From Blochmannia endosymbiont of Camponotus modoc (GTDB taxonomy: Bacteria; Pseudomonadota; Gammaproteobacteria; Enterobacterales; Enterobacteriaceae): a stretch of DNA of 32,000 nucleotides. This document shows positions 28,574 to 32,000 of the stretch, piece after piece. Within the stretch, counting starts at the first letter, position 1. The number at the start of each line of letters is the position of its first letter. The stretch is from NCBI RefSeq assembly GCF_023585785.1, contig NZ_CP097765.1:90001-122000 (forward strand), given 5' to 3'. The position numbers and the translations under genes were made by a program. The notes under the pieces were generated by a model. The model saw nothing but the letters and a program-made list of their open reading frames with translations. It made no database searches and was not told the origin of the DNA.

Positions 28574-29860
28574 ATGATTGATCCCAATTTGTTGCGCAGT
28601 AATCTTGATTTGGTTGCTAAAAAGCTTGCTCGTAGAAAGTTTATACTAAATATTAATAAATTTCGTCAGCAAGAGAGTTTGAGAAAAATTTTACAAAAGA
28701 AAACTGAAAGTTTACAGACAGAACGTAAAGCTAAGGCTAAAATTATAGGAATAGCTAAGTCTCGTGGAGAAAATGTAGAATTTTTATGTCAAGAAGCATA
28801 TGTTTTAGGAAAAAAATTAACTTCTCTTAAACTTGAAAATAAAGCATTAAAAAACAGGATTAAACAATTTGAGTTATCTTTACCGAATATTCCAGATGAT
28901 CAAGTGCCTTATGGATTTAGAGATCAAGATAATTTAGAAATTATGCGTTGGGGTAAACCGGTTCAATATAATTTTCCAATACGGGATCATGTAGCGTTGG
29001 GCGCATTAACTAATGGTTTAGATTTTGCTAACGCAACAAAATTAACTGGATCACGTTTTATCGTAATGAAAGGACAAATAGCGCATTTGCATCGCGCTTT
29101 GTCTCAATTTATGATAGATTTGCATGTTAAATGTCATGGATACGAAGAGTATTATCTACCATATTTAGTAAATCAGGAATCTTTATATGGTGCAGGTCAA
29201 TTACCAAAATTTTATGAAGACTTGTTTCATATGCAACACTTACAATCTGAAACCAATCCATACGCATTAATACCTACCGCTGAAGTACCTCTAATCAATT
29301 TAGTTCGTGATGTAATTCTTGATGAAGAAGAATTACCCATTAAGATGGTTGCTCATACTCCATGTTTCCGTTATGAAGCAGGATCATATGGTCATCATAC
29401 TCGTGGATTAATTAGGATGCATCAATTTGACAAAGTTGAAATGGTTCAAGTAGTACATCCAGATAAATCTATGCAGATATTAGAAGAAATAACTAGTCAT
29501 GCGGAGAAAGTATTGCAATTACTTAAATTACCATATAGGAAAATATTATTATGCACAGGAAATATTGGATTTTCTTCGTGCAAAACATATGATTTGGAAG
29601 TATGGCTTCCAGCGTATAATGCTTATTGCGAGGTTTCTTCTTGTTCAAATGTTGGAGATTTTCAAGCGCGTCGTATAAGAGCGCGATATAAAGGAAGAAT
29701 GCATAGAAAAACGAGATTATTACATACTTTAAATGCTTCTGGAGTAGCAATAGGTCGAGCATTAGCAGCGGTGCTTGAAAATTATCAATTAGAAGATGGA
29801 CGAGTGGCGATTCCTTCGGTGCTATATCCTTATATGAGTGATATAACACATATTAATTGA
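28574..29860 (+). CDS. serS: Seryl-tRNA synthetase
   Basis: [98 protein letters not shown] and SSCSN..DFQARR all match E. coli SerS. Confidence 0.97.
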   Translation: MIDPNLLRSNLDLVAKKLARRKFILNINKFRQQESLRKILQKKTESLQTERKAKAKIIGIAKSRGENVEFLCQEAYVLGKKLTSLKLENKALKNRIKQFELSLPNIPDDQVPYGFRDQDNLEIMRWGKPVQYNFPIRDHVALGALTNGLDFANATKLTGSRFIVMKGQIAHLHRALSQFMIDLHVKCHGYEEYYLPYLVNQESLYGAGQLPKFYEDLFHMQHLQSETNPYALIPTAEVPLINLVRDVILDEEELPIKMVAHTPCFRYEAGSYGHHTRGLIRMHQFDKVEMVQVVHPDKSMQILEEITSHAEKVLQLLKLPYRKILLCTGNIGFSSCKTYDLEVWLPAYNAYCEVSSCSNVGDFQARRIRARYKGRMHRKTRLLHTLNASGVAIGRALAAVLENYQLEDGRVAIPSVLYPYMSDITHIN

Positions 29861-30198
29861 ATATTAATTTTTAAATATAGGTTTTTGGTTTAATTAATTG
29901 TTATTATTATTGTTAAATAAATAAATGTATATATTTATTATGAGTAATTAGATCATTGAATTAAAGATAATAATAAGAAAAATTCATTATTTTTGATAAA
30001 AAAATTTTATTTTTTCATTGTACATTGAAAATGTTGTTTAGGATAAAACAAGAGTTTTCGTTTTATTATATTGAATGAAAATTTCAATACAGTGTGTTGC
30101 TTAACATTATTTTATATTTTTTAATTATTATTTTCAATAGTAGTTCATTATGAAGGATACTGTTTTAATTAATTTAATTATTTATGATCGATCATTAT

Positions 30199-31287
30199 AT
30201 GAATAAAGTATTCAATTTTAGCGCGGGTCCAGCAATGTTGCCAAAACAAGTTTTAAGGCAAGTTAAAGAAGAATTATATAATTGGAATAATATGGGCATA
30301 TCTGTCATAGAGATAAGTCATCGTAGTAAAGAATTTTTACAATTAATGCAAGAAGCGAAACAAGATATGCGTGATCTTCTTGATATTCCAGAAACTTATG
30401 AAGTTTTATTTTGTCATGGTGGGGCGCGTGCACAATTTTCTGCGATTCCTATGAATTTATTAAACAAATCTTCAGAACGAGTTGATTATATAAAAACTGG
30501 GTATTGGGCATACAATGCAGCAATAGAAGCAAAAAAATATTGTGATCCACGTATAATTAATGTGGTCGGAAAAAAAAATGGACTATATAATATTCAACCT
30601 ATATCTAAATGGGATGTTTCTGAAAATAGTCTGTATATTCATTATTGTCCTAATGAAACTATTGATGGAATAGCTGTATATGAAACCCCAAATTTTTCTG
30701 ATAAAATAGTGGTAGCAGATTGTTCTTCAACTTTATTTTCGGGTCCACTGAATATAAACCGTTTTGGTATAATTTATGCTACGGCTCAAAAAAACATTGG
30801 AATATCTGGTTTGACCGTAATAATTATCAGAAAAGATTTACTGAAAGAACCTTACCGAGTAGTACCTTCTATTTTAAATTATAAAATTTTAGCTGATAAT
30901 TTCTCAATGTTTAATACGCCTGTTACTGTATCTTGGTATGTTGCTAGTTTAATGTTTAAATGGTTAAAAACACAAGGAGGCTTAAAGGAAATTAATAAAC
31001 GTAATCAAGAAAAATCAGCTCTTTTATATAATGCTATTGACTCTAGTAATTTCTATTATAATAACATTAGTTTATCTAATCGTTCATATATGAATATCCC
31101 CTTTTTTTTAGAAAACAATAAATTAAATGATCTTTTTTTAAAAGAATCAATATCTTTCGGATTGCATGGTTTGAAAGGACATAAAGTAGTGGGGGGTATG
31201 CGGGCATCTTTATATAATGCCATGACATTAGAAGGTGTAAAAAAATTAATTAGATTTATGAAATTATTTTCTGAAAAATATCGCTAA
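30199..31287 (+). CDS. serC: Phosphoserine aminotransferase
   Basis: [15 protein letters not shown] aligns to E. coli MAQIFNFSSGPAMLP. Starting at ATG 30199 gives 362 aa, as in E. coli. The matching blocks are [25 protein letters not shown], the PLP-lysine context AQKNIG, SMFNTP and [18 protein letters not shown]. The ORF-track start at 30184 is rejected. Confidence 0.95.
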   Translation: MNKVFNFSAGPAMLPKQVLRQVKEELYNWNNMGISVIEISHRSKEFLQLMQEAKQDMRDLLDIPETYEVLFCHGGARAQFSAIPMNLLNKSSERVDYIKTGYWAYNAAIEAKKYCDPRIINVVGKKNGLYNIQPISKWDVSENSLYIHYCPNETIDGIAVYETPNFSDKIVVADCSSTLFSGPLNINRFGIIYATAQKNIGISGLTVIIIRKDLLKEPYRVVPSILNYKILADNFSMFNTPVTVSWYVASLMFKWLKTQGGLKEINKRNQEKSALLYNAIDSSNFYYNNISLSNRSYMNIPFFLENNKLNDLFLKESISFGLHGLKGHKVVGGMRASLYNAMTLEGVKKLIRFMKLFSEKYR

Positions 31288-31417
31288 TTAGATTCAATCG
31301 ATTGCTATGTCCATGTGTTAAATCGTTAAATGCAATCACATATTATTATTGTAAATGGTGTATTATGAGTTATTAATTTCAAGAATTAAATTTTTTTATA
31401 TAAAAAGTTGGTGAAAA

Positions 31418-32000
31418 ATGAATGATTTTATCAAATTAGCTCCTATAAAAAAAATACAGGGAACCATTCATCTTCCTGGTTCTAAAAGTATATCAAATCG
31501 AGCATTGTTGTTAGCAGCTCAAGCTACAGGTACTACTCAGTTAACTAATTTGTTGGATAGCGATGATGTGCGTTGTATGCTGGATGCTTTACGTAATCTA
31601 GGAGTATCATATTGTCTTTCAAATAATAGAAAAACTTGCGAAATTAATGGTGTTGGTGGTCCGATTCAATCAAAAAATAATAATCAATTAATTTTGTATT
31701 TGGGAAATGCCGGGACTGTTATGAGACCTCTTGTTGCGGCATTGTCTGTAGAGATTCAAAATATCGTGCTCACCGGTCATCCTCGTATGAAAGATAGGCC
31801 GATTGCACACTTAGTAGATGCCTTAAGACAAGGAGGAGCGCGTATTGAGTATATGGAACGTGATGGTTACCCTCCCATACGATTGTATGGAGGGTATTAT
31901 GGAGGCGAAATTTTTATTAAAGGGAGTATTTCTAGTCAATTTTTGTCATCTGTGCTTATGATGACGCCATTAGCTTATCGAGATACTCTTATTAAAGTAG
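31418..32000 (+). CDS. aroA: 3-phosphoshikimate 1-carboxyvinyltransferase (EPSP synthase), N-terminal part; runs off the window
   Basis: Not in the ORF track because it is open-ended. My own translation from ATG 31418 is [65 protein letters not shown]...[11 protein letters not shown]...[24 protein letters not shown]...SSQFLS. This matches E. coli AroA (..[76 protein letters not shown]). The serC-aroA synteny is conserved. Confidence 0.93.
   Translation, partial: MNDFIKLAPIKKIQGTIHLPGSKSISNRALLLAAQATGTTQLTNLLDSDDVRCMLDALRNLGVSYCLSNNRKTCEINGVGGPIQSKNNNQLILYLGNAGTVMRPLVAALSVEIQNIVLTGHPRMKDRPIAHLVDALRQGGARIEYMERDGYPPIRLYGGYYGGEIFIKGSISSQFLSSVLMMTPLAYRDTLIKV

Noticed and set aside
29523-29849. 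108-aa minus-strand ORF inside serS
   Set aside because: It is antisense to the conserved serS, with low-complexity composition, so it is a shadow ORF.

Overview
The window is about three-quarters coding and visibly very AT-rich. It looks like a reduced Enterobacterales-derived genome, most consistent with an obligate insect endosymbiont of the Blochmannia type, but organism identity cannot be verified from sequence alone. Gene order follows three E. coli K-12 synteny blocks recalled from memory. Block 1 is plsX-fabH-fabD-fabG-acpP-[fabF absent]-pabC-[mltG absent]-tmk-holB-ycfH...hinT-[ycfL absent]-lpoB...lolCDE, then purB-[hflD absent]-mnmA on the minus strand. Block 2 is mntR and emtA. Block 3 is infA, trxB-[lrp absent]-ftsK-lolA-[rarA absent]-serS...serC-aroA. 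Catalytic motifs look intact in all of these genes. I found no rRNA, tRNA, CRISPR, transposase, phage or recognisable defence genes. The one region that is not ordinary housekeeping is 18.8-22.2 kb. It holds a small ToxR/CadC-like membrane-anchored regulator with a 7-cysteine extracytoplasmic tail. That gene is divergently paired with an intact OprC/NosA-family TonB-dependent copper receptor. The two are separated by a 597-bp spacer carrying an 18-bp perfect inverted repeat. I flag this pair as a candidate, apparently undescribed, one-component copper-sensing and uptake module; the functional link is inference. Secondary observations are an FtsK lacking the gamma (KOPS/XerD) domain, an orphan mntR, long eroded spacers exactly where ancestral genes were lost, many in-frame 8-10 nt homopolymers, and a few palindromes in spacers.
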